From: a virus
Strand: one strand, 5' to 3'
IMG/VR virus record: IMGVR_UViG_3300004369_000009
Span: 1-64,000 of that record
Length of the DNA stretch: 64,000 nt
Each line of letters opens with the position of its first letter. Position 1 is the first letter of the stretch. The notes beneath the pieces are model-generated. The model was not told the DNA's origin. It worked only from the letters and a program-made list of their open reading frames with translations, and ran no database searches. Shown piece after piece: positions 36,362 to 46,300 of this stretch. Both the position numbers and the translations under genes were made by a program.

Positions 36362-39300
36362 CTTTGACTTTAGTAGTAGTGTATCTACCAGTAAAGGTTG
36401 AAGAAGAGGTTGCCTGCGACGATTTAGCCAAGGAAATTTGGACGTTATTGCCAGCAACCGAGACGGAAGCATCCATCAAATCATTGTCAGATGTAATGGA
36501 GTTTGTGACCGTAGCATGTGCTACTGTACCGCTAGCGGCACACACAGTTGTTACTTCAAACATGTGTACCTTACCGTCATCACTCTCAAGAGTGATTAAA
36601 GTCTTAGCACCCTTATACTGAGTCTTCTCAAATTGGGTGATAGTTGCGGTTGTGGAGAAGGAAGTAATTTCACCACCTTCAACTCTGGCATCATTAAGTT
36701 CTACAAAAGAAGCCGTAGAATCGAGTACAGTTAGGTAGTCAACGCCACCAGTTGCGTATGCTCTATTTACCTTCAGTCTAGCATCCGCTTGATTAGAATC
36801 CAGATTAAGGAACTGCTTATCACCATTAAGGTTAAAGCGAAGTTCGCTTTGGAGAGCACTAATCTTACCGTGTGCGGTATCTGGATTGCTAATTGTAGCA
36901 ACTGTGAAGGTAACATCAGTACCAACAGCGCCACCAAGAAGACCACCAGGAATAGTGATGGTTTCGCCAACTTCGTAGTTAATACCACCAGTGGAAATAG
37001 TGATACTTGTAATTCCACCACTGACATTTGTGATTACATTGAAAGCAGCACCAGAACCACCGAACTCAGAGATGCCAGCAATAGCGCTGAATGTCTGGGA
37101 GGGAGTGTAAACATTACCAGAGCTATTGAAGGTCCCATCAGCAGCACCGAGAGATCCATCATTAAATGTGGCAACGGTACCAGCGGCTAATTGATTCTTA
37201 ATGTACAGACCACCAGTGATTTCAAGATCCTTGGTAGTTCTTACCTTGACAATAGATGTTCCCTTACGTTGTACATCTAAAGTGTCAAGACCAGTTGTAC
37301 CATTAATTGAAAGAGTACCTTCAACATCAATGGTGCGAGTAGATTTAAGAACAAATCTATCTTTATCAATACTAAGACTATTGATACCAGCGCTATAGAA
37401 CTGGAAAGTATCTTCGTCAGAACCAGGAGTTACTTCTGTGAGAATGTAGGTGTCCTGGTCAACGTCACGAACACCACCCAGGGATACAAAGTCAATGCCA
37501 TTGTAACCTTCAAACTGAGAAGTAGTTGTGTTATATCTAATACCACCAACGTAAAGATCGTCAGAGTATGGTCTATCGTTTGTGCTACCTACTGGAACGA
37601 TAAACGTACCAGTACCATCGACTCTAACGTTTCTGCGGTTTTGTGGCTTGATATCAATACCACTACCACTTACATCCGTGATAGTAACTGTCTGAGCAGG
37701 ATCAGTACCGATAACGGCAGGATCAATTGTGATTGTATCACCAGCAACATAATCTCTACCTCTGCTTCCACCAGCAGCAATAGTAACACTTGTGATAGTG
37801 CCGCCAGTAACAACAACGTCTACCTGACCACCAGTACCCTTTCCAGTACCCGTAGCAGTGATGTTGACGTTGGTAAATGAACCATTAGTAAATAAAGTTG
37901 CTGTGCCACTAGTATCAAAAGAAACCAGTTCTCCAAAGGAAGACAAAGCCAGAGATTGATTAGACAGTGTGAAGTCATCAATTCTGAATCTTTGACCAAT
38001 AGTAAGGTGCCCAGAAAGTTCTGCGTTTCCACTGTCAAGATCTACCTTGAGCAGTTCATTAGCAGTTCCATCATTAAGAACAAAGTCTTTATCAGTACCA
38101 CCAACAATAGTTACATTTCCTGTTCCCTTTGGCTGAAGGGTAATGCCGATATCAGCAGCAGTACCATTACCCTCAATGAGTCCAGTGCTACTAATACTAA
38201 GACCAGTAGCAGCACTACCAATTCTTACAAGGTTAGTTGCTGGGTCGGCATCGAGCAGAGGAGACGCGGTTATAGCACTAGAACCAACTTGGAATCTAGT
38301 TCCAACGGCATAAGCAGCAGGACCAATTCTGCCAGTCTCAGTACCAGCATTGGAAATTCCAATGATGTCAGTGTCTGCCCAGAACAAACCAGTGGTGGGA
38401 CTGGTGTTAAGAGCCAGGGAAGGAGCAGCAGCACTACCATCAGCAAGAGTGCCAGTCAGTTCTTCGAGGAAAGAAGCACCACCAGACTGAGTGAAGATGC
38501 CATCGATGGTCATATCTCCCGTCAGGTCGAAATTACCAGTCTGGGCAGTATCACCAGTAGCAGTTGTATTAGCAGCAACTGTAATAGTGTCAGCGGCAGC
38601 ATCGTCACCAAGAACAAGGTTGCCCTTAACCGTGAGGTTACCGTCAGTTGTAATGTTACCATACTCGGTTTCCATTACAATCTTAGGAACACCAACACCA
38701 AGACTCAGTGTACCTGGCTCATAGGTGGGATCTTTAGCTCCAGCAACCTTGAACGCTGGATTTACAATAGATCCATCATGAGTTAATTCCCAAACGCCTG
38801 TTGTGGTAGTGCTACCAACAGAGATTTGGAATGGATTACCCTCTGTTTCAGGATCAATTCTGGGATACAGGACTTCACCTGCGGTGTACCCATAACCTTC
38901 ACTGCCCTGAACTACGGTAACGTCTCTTACAAAACCAGCATCGGTTACTGTATATGTAAAGTTAGAGCCAGATCCACCAACGTTCTGACTATCAACACTC
39001 AGAACCATACCAACTTGGTAAGGACCGCCAGCGAGGCTAATATCAGTTACAGAACTGATAGTTGTATCATTAGCAGCAAGAGTCCAAACAAATCCAGTAC
39101 CAGCTCCACTGGTATCCATAGCGAATGGATTGACGGAAAGGGTATCACCTATAGCATAGTCAACACCCTGTCCATCAGATTTAATTGCGGTAATCTGACC
39201 ACCAGAAACAGTAACGTCAGCAGAAAGTCCAGTACCATAGTTACCAGCACTACCTGAAGTAATGGTAATGCCACTACCCATGTTGGCATGGTTTGTACAA

Positions 39301-42300
39301 ATATAATCAGCTACTTCACCAGCAGTACCTGGCTTAACGATAATATCAACAAATGCTCCATCATCTCCTGCTGTTCCATAAGTAACGGCGACAATATCAG
39401 TGGAAAGAGTTCCACCATCTTCTCTACCAACCGACAGTGGGTGTCCACTGTTGGAAGCATCAGACACATCAAATCTGTAAGTATTACCCTCAACAAATGT
39501 GAGAGACTGCTGAGTAACACCATTAATCTGATATACATTATCAGGAGGAGGTGTGCCAGGATTCGAGATTACAGTTACAGTGTAAGTGGCGGCAGGCACG
39601 TTGTACATAACGTGACCGTCATACTGACCGTCAATATATCCAGAACCAGCATTAGTAATGTTGCCAGTCCAACCATTAACGGTAAACGTTGCCGTGGCAT
39701 CAGCAGCAGGAGCCCCAGAACCACCAGAAACATATTCAAGTTGTACAGCATTATATTCGCCAGCAACATATCCACTACCACCATTAGTGATAGTACCGTC
39801 TAGCGACTGAACATTAATAGTAAATCGACCATCGCTACCAGCACCACCATAGAAGGTTACGGTAGGAGCTGAAGAATAGCAAACGCCAAATCCGATGATA
39901 TCAATGGAAGAGATATTTCCTTTCTTCTTATCCAGAAGAGGAGCAAGAACAGCTTCTGTAACTGGAGTGCCACCACTCAGTTTATATTGAGGAGCAAAAG
40001 CATAACCAGCACCAGCATTAGTTACTGTTATGCCATTATCCTCTACCTGAGCAATAGGGAAACCAATAGTAGATGTGGCAGCAGCGCCACCGCCAGAGGT
40101 ATCAATGGCAGCGTTGGTAAAGCTAATAGTTGGAGCAGCATTATATCCACTACCTCTACTGTCGATAGTAAAACTAGCGAGAGGAGATCCAACATAAAGA
40201 GTCAAAGTCGCAGCAGTTGTTGGAGACTGCGATCCATCTTCTTGGACAGCAACACCAGCACCCCTGTCGTACAGAGATCCAGGTTCGTTAATTACGACTC
40301 CAGTAATAGCACCACCACTAACAGTAGCAGTTGCTGTGGCTTGTACACCATCAAATAGATGAGCTTCACCGTTACCAGCAGTAGAAGCAGTCAAAGAAAT
40401 CGCGCCGCCACCTTGAGTGGCAGAAACTTGGAAACTAACACCCGCTCCTGTAAGGGGATCGGAAACTATGTTAACAACGTAGTAAGTAGTTCCGTCACTA
40501 AGACCAATATTTTGAGATCCAGAGTTTTGATTATAGACTACTCTGGTACCATTACGCATTGGGTGGTTAGCCAATACGATAGCGTTACTAACAATCTCAG
40601 TTTCAGTATCAAACGAGAAGTTGCCAGGAGCATCAACAACAAGACCAGGAGCAGCAGTATACCCTTCGCCGCCGTCGTCTACAGTGATTGCTTGAACATC
40701 ACCATAACTGTAAAGAACAGCAGTGACCGATGGAGCAGAACCCTGAGGATCCTGAGGAGCAGTGAAGTTAACGGTTGGTGCGGAAACATAATTATCACCG
40801 CGAGCAGTAACTGTAGCAGTCTTCAGAGAACCATCCTGAAGGTCAAGCGACAGAGTAGCAGTACATACTACTGGGGCATTAGTGTCAGCATTAACTGTAG
40901 TAGCACCACCAGCATATCCATCACCAGGCGCGTCTACATTAACAGTAGCGACAATTTCTTTTGATAGATAAAGGTTGGTGTCAGATTGTACACCATAACC
41001 ATTGAACCCACCACGTCTTTGACTTTGACCTTCATAGAAACCTAGGTTACCAGGAACATCAGTCTTAAAGTTGGCAGCCTTTGGTTGATCAAAGAAGACA
41101 GCCTCAGTAAAGATGGCTTCAGCATTATATACAACGTCCTGGTTACCAGCAGGGTCAAAGATAATATCACCACTCGTAGTGGAGACCGTGTTACCAGCAA
41201 GACGCAGGTTCCCAGTTTCAATATACGCTGGGAAGATATTTGTAGTACCAGTAGCATCAGACAGGGTGATGCTAGCGGCTTCCTGAGAAGTAGAGGTAGA
41301 ACTAAAGTTAACGTTACCAGTTTCCTGGTCAACAATAAAGACGCTACCTACACGGAAGTCACCTTTTTGGTCAGTAGAGGAGTAGAAGACACGACCACCA
41401 TTAAGTTCAATGACCTCATTACTCTGAGCAGCAAGAGATCCGTCGTTGGTGAAGTCTTGTCCAGAACCAATATAAGCAAAGTTGTGAGCAGTAAGAAGGA
41501 GTTTTACGCCGTTACCTTCAGCAACAACACCCTTATTACCGTAGACGTTTGCCGAAGCAATAGATCTCAGTTCAGCACCAAACTGGTTATAGTCAACCAG
41601 AGAAATGCCAGTAGCCGAATCGCCGCCGTCAGAACGGATATCTTTAATAGCAGATCCAGAGTCTATAAAGATCGTAGAGCCATCATTGGCGTTAAAGTGG
41701 AGCAACAGAACTGTAAAGATATCAGTTCCATACTCAACAGAAGGAGGAGTAAAGTTACCAGTAAATCTAGCAGTACCTTTACTCAGTCTGATCTCATCAA
41801 AGTGACCAGCATAGTTTCCAGCATTAGAATAATCAGCACCAAGTTTAAGACCCTTCTCAGCACCGTAATTATTAGTATCAGTGTAGTTGGTACCTACTTG
41901 GTTACCAGCAACAAAGAGCTTTGTAACTCCATTAAATCTAGCAACAGCTATATGTACCCAGTTGCCAGTTGTAAGAGATCCACCAGAAATTCGAGTTGTA
42001 CCACCAACAGCATACTCAACAGTACCACCATTGAGTCTCAGAGTTGGAGCAGTGTCAGCAGCAGATCCTCTAAAGTCAAACAGAGTCTGAGTGCCAGCAA
42101 GAGAATTTGGATAGATCCAAGTCTCAACACAGAAGTTAGCAGTACCGAAACCAAAGTCAGCTTCGGAAGCATAGTTAACGTAGTCGCCAGTACCATCAAG
42201 TAACAGCGAACCAGTACCAAACTGCTTGATAGAATTATCTACCTGAGCGTCAGCATTAGGTACAGCGGTCTTACCACCCTCAACGGTGGTTGTAAATTGA

Positions 42301-43541
42301 CCCTCACCCTTACCACTCAGGTAAATGTAGTTACCATCGTTGAGGGTAATGAGACCGTAACCTTCGGATTTTTTATACGTTACGTTACCACTGGTTGTTC
42401 CAGACGCACCAGTGGAGAATGTAAATGTATTTGTGGTAGCACTAGTGATCTGATAGAAACCATCAGTAGCAGTGCCAGAAATAAAATCTGCGTAGATACG
42501 GTCATTTTGTACAAGACCGTGAGCATTTCTAGATACGGTTACTGTAGTCCCAGAACGAGAATATGTACCAGACTGGAATTGATCTTCCAACTGGTAGATA
42601 GATTCACCAGCCGAGAATGTACCAGAAGTACCAGAAAGTTTAAGACGTGTTCTACCAGTGCCATATACACCTGTAGCACCCTGAACACCTTTAATACCTT
42701 CATCAGCAAAGTAGATAAAGCCGTTAAGCCACTCTACACGAACACCATTGGTTAGATACAAACCAATAGAGTTGGGTACGATAAACGTACATTCATTGAA
42801 AAGAACAGCAGCTTCAATACCAGAGCTGCTAGCAATAGAACCATCCAGTTTGGCACCACGACCAGCATCACCTTGCTGGAAACCATATGGATCCGAACCA
42901 GTAACTACACTACCCTTATTAAGGATAGTTACTCTTTGGACGTAGGCGCTTCTGCTGGAGTTCCAGCCATTCGCACATACAAAACCATATCCAGTATCAT
43001 TTGTACTGTTGTAAAAGAAATCACGAACAGTAAGATCCTCAAGAGTGGTATCACCATTGAGGACGAAAGCATTGAGATCATTTGTGCCGCCAGTTGGCTT
43101 AATCTCCGTTTGGCGAATTCCAGCTCCCCTAACATGAACCCCATCGGGGATAGTTAGAGGAAAGGTCTCAACATAAGTACCAGCACTAATTTCAATAGAA
43201 TCACCAGACTGAGCCACGCTCAGTGCTTTAGCAACAGTTAGAAATGGAGTGTCGGGGTGTTTACCGTTTGCTCCACCACCACCCAGAGTCGTTACATCAG
43301 TACCATTTAGAGCGACAAACCAAGTTTGCCCAGGACCATTTGTAATGTCCGTGGCAAGCATCGCCGTAGTAACACTAGCAGGATTGGGTTCGGCGTTAGC
43401 CACCTCCTCAATCGTACCATTGTTATTGACGTATAATTTCTTGTCAGTAATGTTTAAGGCAACTTCACGATCTTCTAAATTAGAAGTCGTTGGAACTGCC
43501 TGAGCTGTTACTGAGCTTTTGAGTTTGATCCTCGTTGCCAT
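36357..43541 (-). CDS. Large multidomain fibre/structural protein (2394 aa): beta-helix, LamG/ConA-like, GSGY repeats, cupredoxin-like domain
   Basis: N-term MATRIKLKSS...EVALNITDKKLY; PFLTVAKALSVAQSGDSIEISAGTY beta-helix start; FGTGSLLLDG...WVHIAVAR...GHFDEIRLSKG LamG; GHPL...YICTNHANMG; GGIRYNTTTSQFEGY...DVDQDTYI. Confidence 0.85.
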   Translation of the reverse strand: MATRIKLKSSVTAQAVPTTSNLEDREVALNITDKKLYVNNNGTIEEVANAEPNPASVTTAMLATDITNGPGQTWFVALNGTDVTTLGGGGANGKHPDTPFLTVAKALSVAQSGDSIEISAGTYVETFPLTIPDGVHVRGAGIRQTEIKPTGGTNDLNAFVLNGDTTLEDLTVRDFFYNSTNDTGYGFVCANGWNSSRSAYVQRVTILNKGSVVTGSDPYGFQQGDAGRGAKLDGSIASSSGIEAAVLFNECTFIVPNSIGLYLTNGVRVEWLNGFIYFADEGIKGVQGATGVYGTGRTRLKLSGTSGTFSAGESIYQLEDQFQSGTYSRSGTTVTVSRNAHGLVQNDRIYADFISGTATDGFYQITSATTNTFTFSTGASGTTSGNVTYKKSEGYGLITLNDGNYIYLSGKGEGQFTTTVEGGKTAVPNADAQVDNSIKQFGTGSLLLDGTGDYVNYASEADFGFGTANFCVETWIYPNSLAGTQTLFDFRGSAADTAPTLRLNGGTVEYAVGGTTRISGGSLTTGNWVHIAVARFNGVTKLFVAGNQVGTNYTDTNNYGAEKGLKLGADYSNAGNYAGHFDEIRLSKGTARFTGNFTPPSVEYGTDIFTVLLLHFNANDGSTIFIDSGSAIKDIRSDGGDSATGISLVDYNQFGAELRSIASANVYGNKGVVAEGNGVKLLLTAHNFAYIGSGQDFTNDGSLAAQSNEVIELNGGRVFYSSTDQKGDFRVGSVFIVDQETGNVNFSSTSTSQEAASITLSDATGTTNIFPAYIETGNLRLAGNTVSTTSGDIIFDPAGNQDVVYNAEAIFTEAVFFDQPKAANFKTDVPGNLGFYEGQSQRRGGFNGYGVQSDTNLYLSKEIVATVNVDAPGDGYAGGATTVNADTNAPVVCTATLSLDLQDGSLKTATVTARGDNYVSAPTVNFTAPQDPQGSAPSVTAVLYSYGDVQAITVDDGGEGYTAAPGLVVDAPGNFSFDTETEIVSNAIVLANHPMRNGTRVVYNQNSGSQNIGLSDGTTYYVVNIVSDPLTGAGVSFQVSATQGGGAISLTASTAGNGEAHLFDGVQATATATVSGGAITGVVINEPGSLYDRGAGVAVQEDGSQSPTTAATLTLYVGSPLASFTIDSRGSGYNAAPTISFTNAAIDTSGGGAAATSTIGFPIAQVEDNGITVTNAGAGYAFAPQYKLSGGTPVTEAVLAPLLDKKKGNISSIDIIGFGVCYSSAPTVTFYGGAGSDGRFTINVQSLDGTITNGGSGYVAGEYNAVQLEYVSGGSGAPAADATATFTVNGWTGNITNAGSGYIDGQYDGHVMYNVPAATYTVTVISNPGTPPPDNVYQINGVTQQSLTFVEGNTYRFDVSDASNSGHPLSVGREDGGTLSTDIVAVTYGTAGDDGAFVDIIVKPGTAGEVADYICTNHANMGSGITITSGSAGNYGTGLSADVTVSGGQITAIKSDGQGVDYAIGDTLSVNPFAMDTSGAGTGFVWTLAANDTTISSVTDISLAGGPYQVGMVLSVDSQNVGGSGSNFTYTVTDAGFVRDVTVVQGSEGYGYTAGEVLYPRIDPETEGNPFQISVGSTTTTGVWELTHDGSIVNPAFKVAGAKDPTYEPGTLSLGVGVPKIVMETEYGNITTDGNLTVKGNLVLGDDAAADTITVAANTTATGDTAQTGNFDLTGDMTIDGIFTQSGGASFLEELTGTLADGSAAAPSLALNTSPTTGLFWADTDIIGISNAGTETGRIGPAAYAVGTRFQVGSSAITASPLLDADPATNLVRIGSAATGLSISSTGLIEGNGTAADIGITLQPKGTGNVTIVGGTDKDFVLNDGTANELLKVDLDSGNAELSGHLTIGQRFRIDDFTLSNQSLALSSFGELVSFDTSGTATLFTNGSFTNVNITATGTGKGTGGQVDVVVTGGTITSVTIAAGGSRGRDYVAGDTITIDPAVIGTDPAQTVTITDVSGSGIDIKPQNRRNVRVDGTGTFIVPVGSTNDRPYSDDLYVGGIRYNTTTSQFEGYNGIDFVSLGGVRDVDQDTYILTEVTPGSDEDTFQFYSAGINSLSIDKDRFVLKSTRTIDVEGTLSINGTTGLDTLDVQRKGTSIVKVRTTKDLEITGGLYIKNQLAAGTVATFNDGSLGAADGTFNSSGNVYTPSQTFSAIAGISEFGGSGAAFNVITNVSGGITSITISTGGINYEVGETITIPGGLLGGAVGTDVTFTVATISNPDTAHGKISALQSELRFNLNGDKQFLNLDSNQADARLKVNRAYATGGVDYLTVLDSTASFVELNDARVEGGEITSFSTTATITQFEKTQYKGAKTLITLESDDGKVHMFEVTTVCAASGTVAHATVTNSITSDNDLMDASVSVAGNNVQISLAKSSQATSSSTFTGRYTTTKVKV

Positions 43542-43689
43542 TTATAGCATTCTCTGGTGAGTTTTTTTCTTGGTTAATACTATTTAACTGGTTAGTTAAA
43601 TCGAGAATTTTCGCTTCCAACATAATGTTACTCAAGGTCAACTCAGAAACTTTACGTTGTAATGTAGCAATAATAATGTTTACATCCAT
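43480..43689 (-). CDS. Small coiled-coil hypothetical protein (69 aa)
   Basis: LQRKVSELTLSNIMLEAKILDL heptads; fills the gap between fibre genes. Confidence 0.75.
   Translation of the reverse strand: MDVNIIIATLQRKVSELTLSNIMLEAKILDLTNQLNSINQEKNSPENAINGNEDQTQKLSNSSGSSNDF
43581..43588 (-). promoter_or_regulatory. Putative late promoter variant (GTTAAATA)
   Basis: About 40 nt upstream of ATG 43541. Confidence 0.45.
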
Positions 43690-43701
43690 GTTAATTTAAT
43701 T

Positions 43702-45390
43702 CTAGAACGTTCCACCATCAAGGACGTTACTCCAGACGGGGATCCCAGCAGAGGTCACTGTCAGGATTTGGTAAGAGGTAGTAGCATCGCTACCAGTGCC
43801 AGGTGCTCCCATGTTGGCAGCATCGGTAACTTGGAAAGGATTAGCGGCGTTACCGTAGATGATACCATACTGAGTAAAGGTAGAACCACCAGTACCACCA
43901 TACTGAACAGCAAGATCAGTATCAAGTTCCAGGTCTCCCAATACAACAGTACCGCGATTACCATTTATACCGAATACAGTGCCAACATCGGTAGCATCTT
44001 CGATAAAGGTCCAAGCGCCTTGACCGTCAGCACCACCGCTGCGATCGTAACCAAAGAAGCCAAATTTGGCAGCACTACCATCATGGTAGTGAAGTTTAAC
44101 ACCACGATCAAGAGCGTCGTTAGTATCTCTTACAACTGTCAGTTGCTCACCAGCATTACAGTCTGCAGTGAGAGCAGCACTCAGAGTAAGAGTATGGACT
44201 ACTGGAGAACCAGCAGAAGAAATGTTGCTGATTGTGGTAGCAGCAGGAATACCAGCACCAGAAATAGTATCGTTAATGGCAATACCATCTACTTTATCTA
44301 CTTCAATAGTGGTAGCACCCGACAGAGCAGTAGTGGTTGCTGTCAGTACAGTAGTAGGATCACCCAGTTCAATGGTAGGATCGTTAACCGACATAGAAGC
44401 CGAATTAACAGTAGTAGTAGTGCCGTCGATCTGGAGGTCACCTTTGATGATAACCAGACCCTCAGCATCACCACCAGCGGGGAATGGGTCAATGATCAGT
44501 TCTGTACCAGAGGTGGTAGACAGAGCGTTACCATCGAGTCTCAGTTGGTCAATATCAATGTAACCAGTCTGAGCTGTGTTACCAGTAACAGTGCTAGTAC
44601 CATTAAAGATAACGTTACCGTTGAAGGTAGTAGCAGAGTTTACAGTCAGGTTATCTGAGGTGGTATCACCAATGGTGGCATCACCATCAACAGCCAAACC
44701 GTTTGCCCAGACTGTACCACCAACACCTACACCACCAACAACTTGAACAGCACCAGTTGTTTGGGAAGTAGCAGCAGTGTTATCAGCAAACTTTACCTGA
44801 ACGCCAAGATCAAACTCTTGATCGGCACCAGCCCAACGCAGTTTATCGAGAGTTGCCTCATCATAATAAACACGAGCGTCGTTATTAGTACCAAACTTTA
44901 GGGGGATGTCATCTTGTACCAACAGAGCAGCGGCGGCATTACCACCTGCTCTACGAATCTCCACATCACCAGTAGTGTCGTTCCAAGCCAGTTCAATATC
45001 ACCAGATGTACCGAACTCAAGTTCTTGACCGTCTTCCAGGACAACCTTACCAGCACCGTTAGCGCCGAGGATTAGATCGCTATCGACTACGTTGGTGGTA
45101 ATAGTATTACCATCAAGGGTAATGTTATCAACCAGGAATTGATCAACTTTGAGATTGCTGTCAACAATTACAGCACTAGATGCGGTTAGGGTACCATGAA
45201 CCTGATCCAGAAGGTCGGTGAAATACTTACCACCAACTACCTGAGCAGCGGAGTTGTTATCACCAACAAAAAGACGGTCGCCCAGGTTACCTTGACTACC
45301 TGCGCCGACAGTTACGGCAAGTTCACCGTAGTTAATAGTACCAGGCGCAACTGTGCCTGTACTCCTTTTAATTAGAATTTCCGATGCCAC
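43702..45390 (-). CDS. Fibre / baseplate-fibre connector-like protein (562 aa)
   Basis: N-term ILIKRSTGTVAP..INYGELA; GDLQIDGTTTTVNS; GAVQVVGGVGVGG; C-term LDGGTF; begins with GTG overlapping the upstream TAG. Confidence 0.75.
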   Translation of the reverse strand: MASEILIKRSTGTVAPGTINYGELAVTVGAGSQGNLGDRLFVGDNNSAAQVVGGKYFTDLLDQVHGTLTASSAVIVDSNLKVDQFLVDNITLDGNTITTNVVDSDLILGANGAGKVVLEDGQELEFGTSGDIELAWNDTTGDVEIRRAGGNAAAALLVQDDIPLKFGTNNDARVYYDEATLDKLRWAGADQEFDLGVQVKFADNTAATSQTTGAVQVVGGVGVGGTVWANGLAVDGDATIGDTTSDNLTVNSATTFNGNVIFNGTSTVTGNTAQTGYIDIDQLRLDGNALSTTSGTELIIDPFPAGGDAEGLVIIKGDLQIDGTTTTVNSASMSVNDPTIELGDPTTVLTATTTALSGATTIEVDKVDGIAINDTISGAGIPAATTISNISSAGSPVVHTLTLSAALTADCNAGEQLTVVRDTNDALDRGVKLHYHDGSAAKFGFFGYDRSGGADGQGAWTFIEDATDVGTVFGINGNRGTVVLGDLELDTDLAVQYGGTGGSTFTQYGIIYGNAANPFQVTDAANMGAPGTGSDATTSYQILTVTSAGIPVWSNVLDGGTF

Positions 45391-45611
45391 TAGAAGGTGC
45401 CTCCGTTAACTGTGATGTTGTTCAGAACCGTTGTTGGGATAAATTTTGTTTTGTTGGAATCATAAACAAGCAGGCTTCCATCCTGTAATCCACCCAACGA
45501 TGTGTCCGTCAAATCAATGTCCGCAAGTGCGCCAATAGTTCCGCCGCCACCGCCAGTGGCAACGCGGGTCACTCTAGGAACTGACTGATCTCCGAATCTT
45601 AATCTTGCCAT
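45390..45611 (-). CDS. Small structural hypothetical protein (73 aa)
   Basis: LADID...LQDGSLLVYD...NGGTF fibre-type repeat; coupled to both neighbours by 1-nt overlaps. Confidence 0.75.
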   Translation of the reverse strand: MARLRFGDQSVPRVTRVATGGGGGTIGALADIDLTDTSLGGLQDGSLLVYDSNKTKFIPTTVLNNITVNGGTF

Positions 45612-45949
45612 TAGAGTGTAACGCCCTCCAGAACACTAACAGTACCTTCAAGCACTCTAGTTTTTAAGCCAGATGGTGCGGTGATGACAACATCATAAAC
45701 ATAACGACCAGACTTCATTGCTGCTGTCTGTGAGTTATTAAGAGAAAGTTGAATGCGTCCTGCGGTTTCGGGTGTAATAATTGCGGCAGTAACAGTGACC
45801 GCAGAAGAACTTGTGTAGTGCTTCTTAATCTTACATGCCGCAGAATACCCTGACAAATTGAACTCGGTCCCGTTATCATTCTCGACTGAAAAGTCGATGG
45901 TGAAATCGGCACCTTGATAGATCAATAAATTGGATACAGCAGATGCCAT
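45611..45949 (-). CDS. Conserved cyanophage virion structural protein (112 aa)
   Basis: NLLIYQGADF...FNLSGYSAACKIKKHY...GRIQLSL...KSGRYVYDV...RVLEGTV. Confidence 0.85.
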   Translation of the reverse strand: MASAVSNLLIYQGADFTIDFSVENDNGTEFNLSGYSAACKIKKHYTSSSAVTVTAAIITPETAGRIQLSLNNSQTAAMKSGRYVYDVVITAPSGLKTRVLEGTVSVLEGVTL

Positions 45950-45971
45950 TCGCTAAGGTTTTTCTCTTTAG

Positions 45972-45994
45972 TATTTAGCTCACTCTTATTTATC
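45972..45994 (-). promoter_or_regulatory. Two late-promoter-like sites (GCTAAATA 45972-45979; GATAAATA 45987-45994)
   Basis: Both upstream of ATG 45949. Confidence 0.55.
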
Positions 45995-46300
45995 GTTCTT
46001 CTCAACTAGAAGTTTGAGCATTTCTTTCAACTCATTAATCTCATTCTTCAGTTCCTGAGTCTCAGAGACGTTGAGTTTATTCTTTTCCCTAGCCTGAATG
46101 TATTGCTGATAACCAGTCTTATCGGTATTGATAATCGCATTGGATTTAGGATCACGCCCTAAGTTTTCGTGACCCTCAACTTTCATCAATCCAAGTTCTG
46201 ATCTAATATCTCTATTTTTTTCATACTCAGCTTTATCACGACGAGCGAGAACTTCTTGTTCCCGCCGTCTTACTATATCCTCAATTTTATCAAAGTCCAT
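45986..46300 (-). CDS. Conserved hypothetical protein following VrlC-like gene (104 aa)
   Basis: KVEGHENLGRDPKSNAIINTD...ELKNEINELKEML; TAATG coupling. Confidence 0.8.
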   Translation of the reverse strand: MDFDKIEDIVRRREQEVLARRDKAEYEKNRDIRSELGLMKVEGHENLGRDPKSNAIINTDKTGYQQYIQAREKNKLNVSETQELKNEINELKEMLKLLVEKNDK

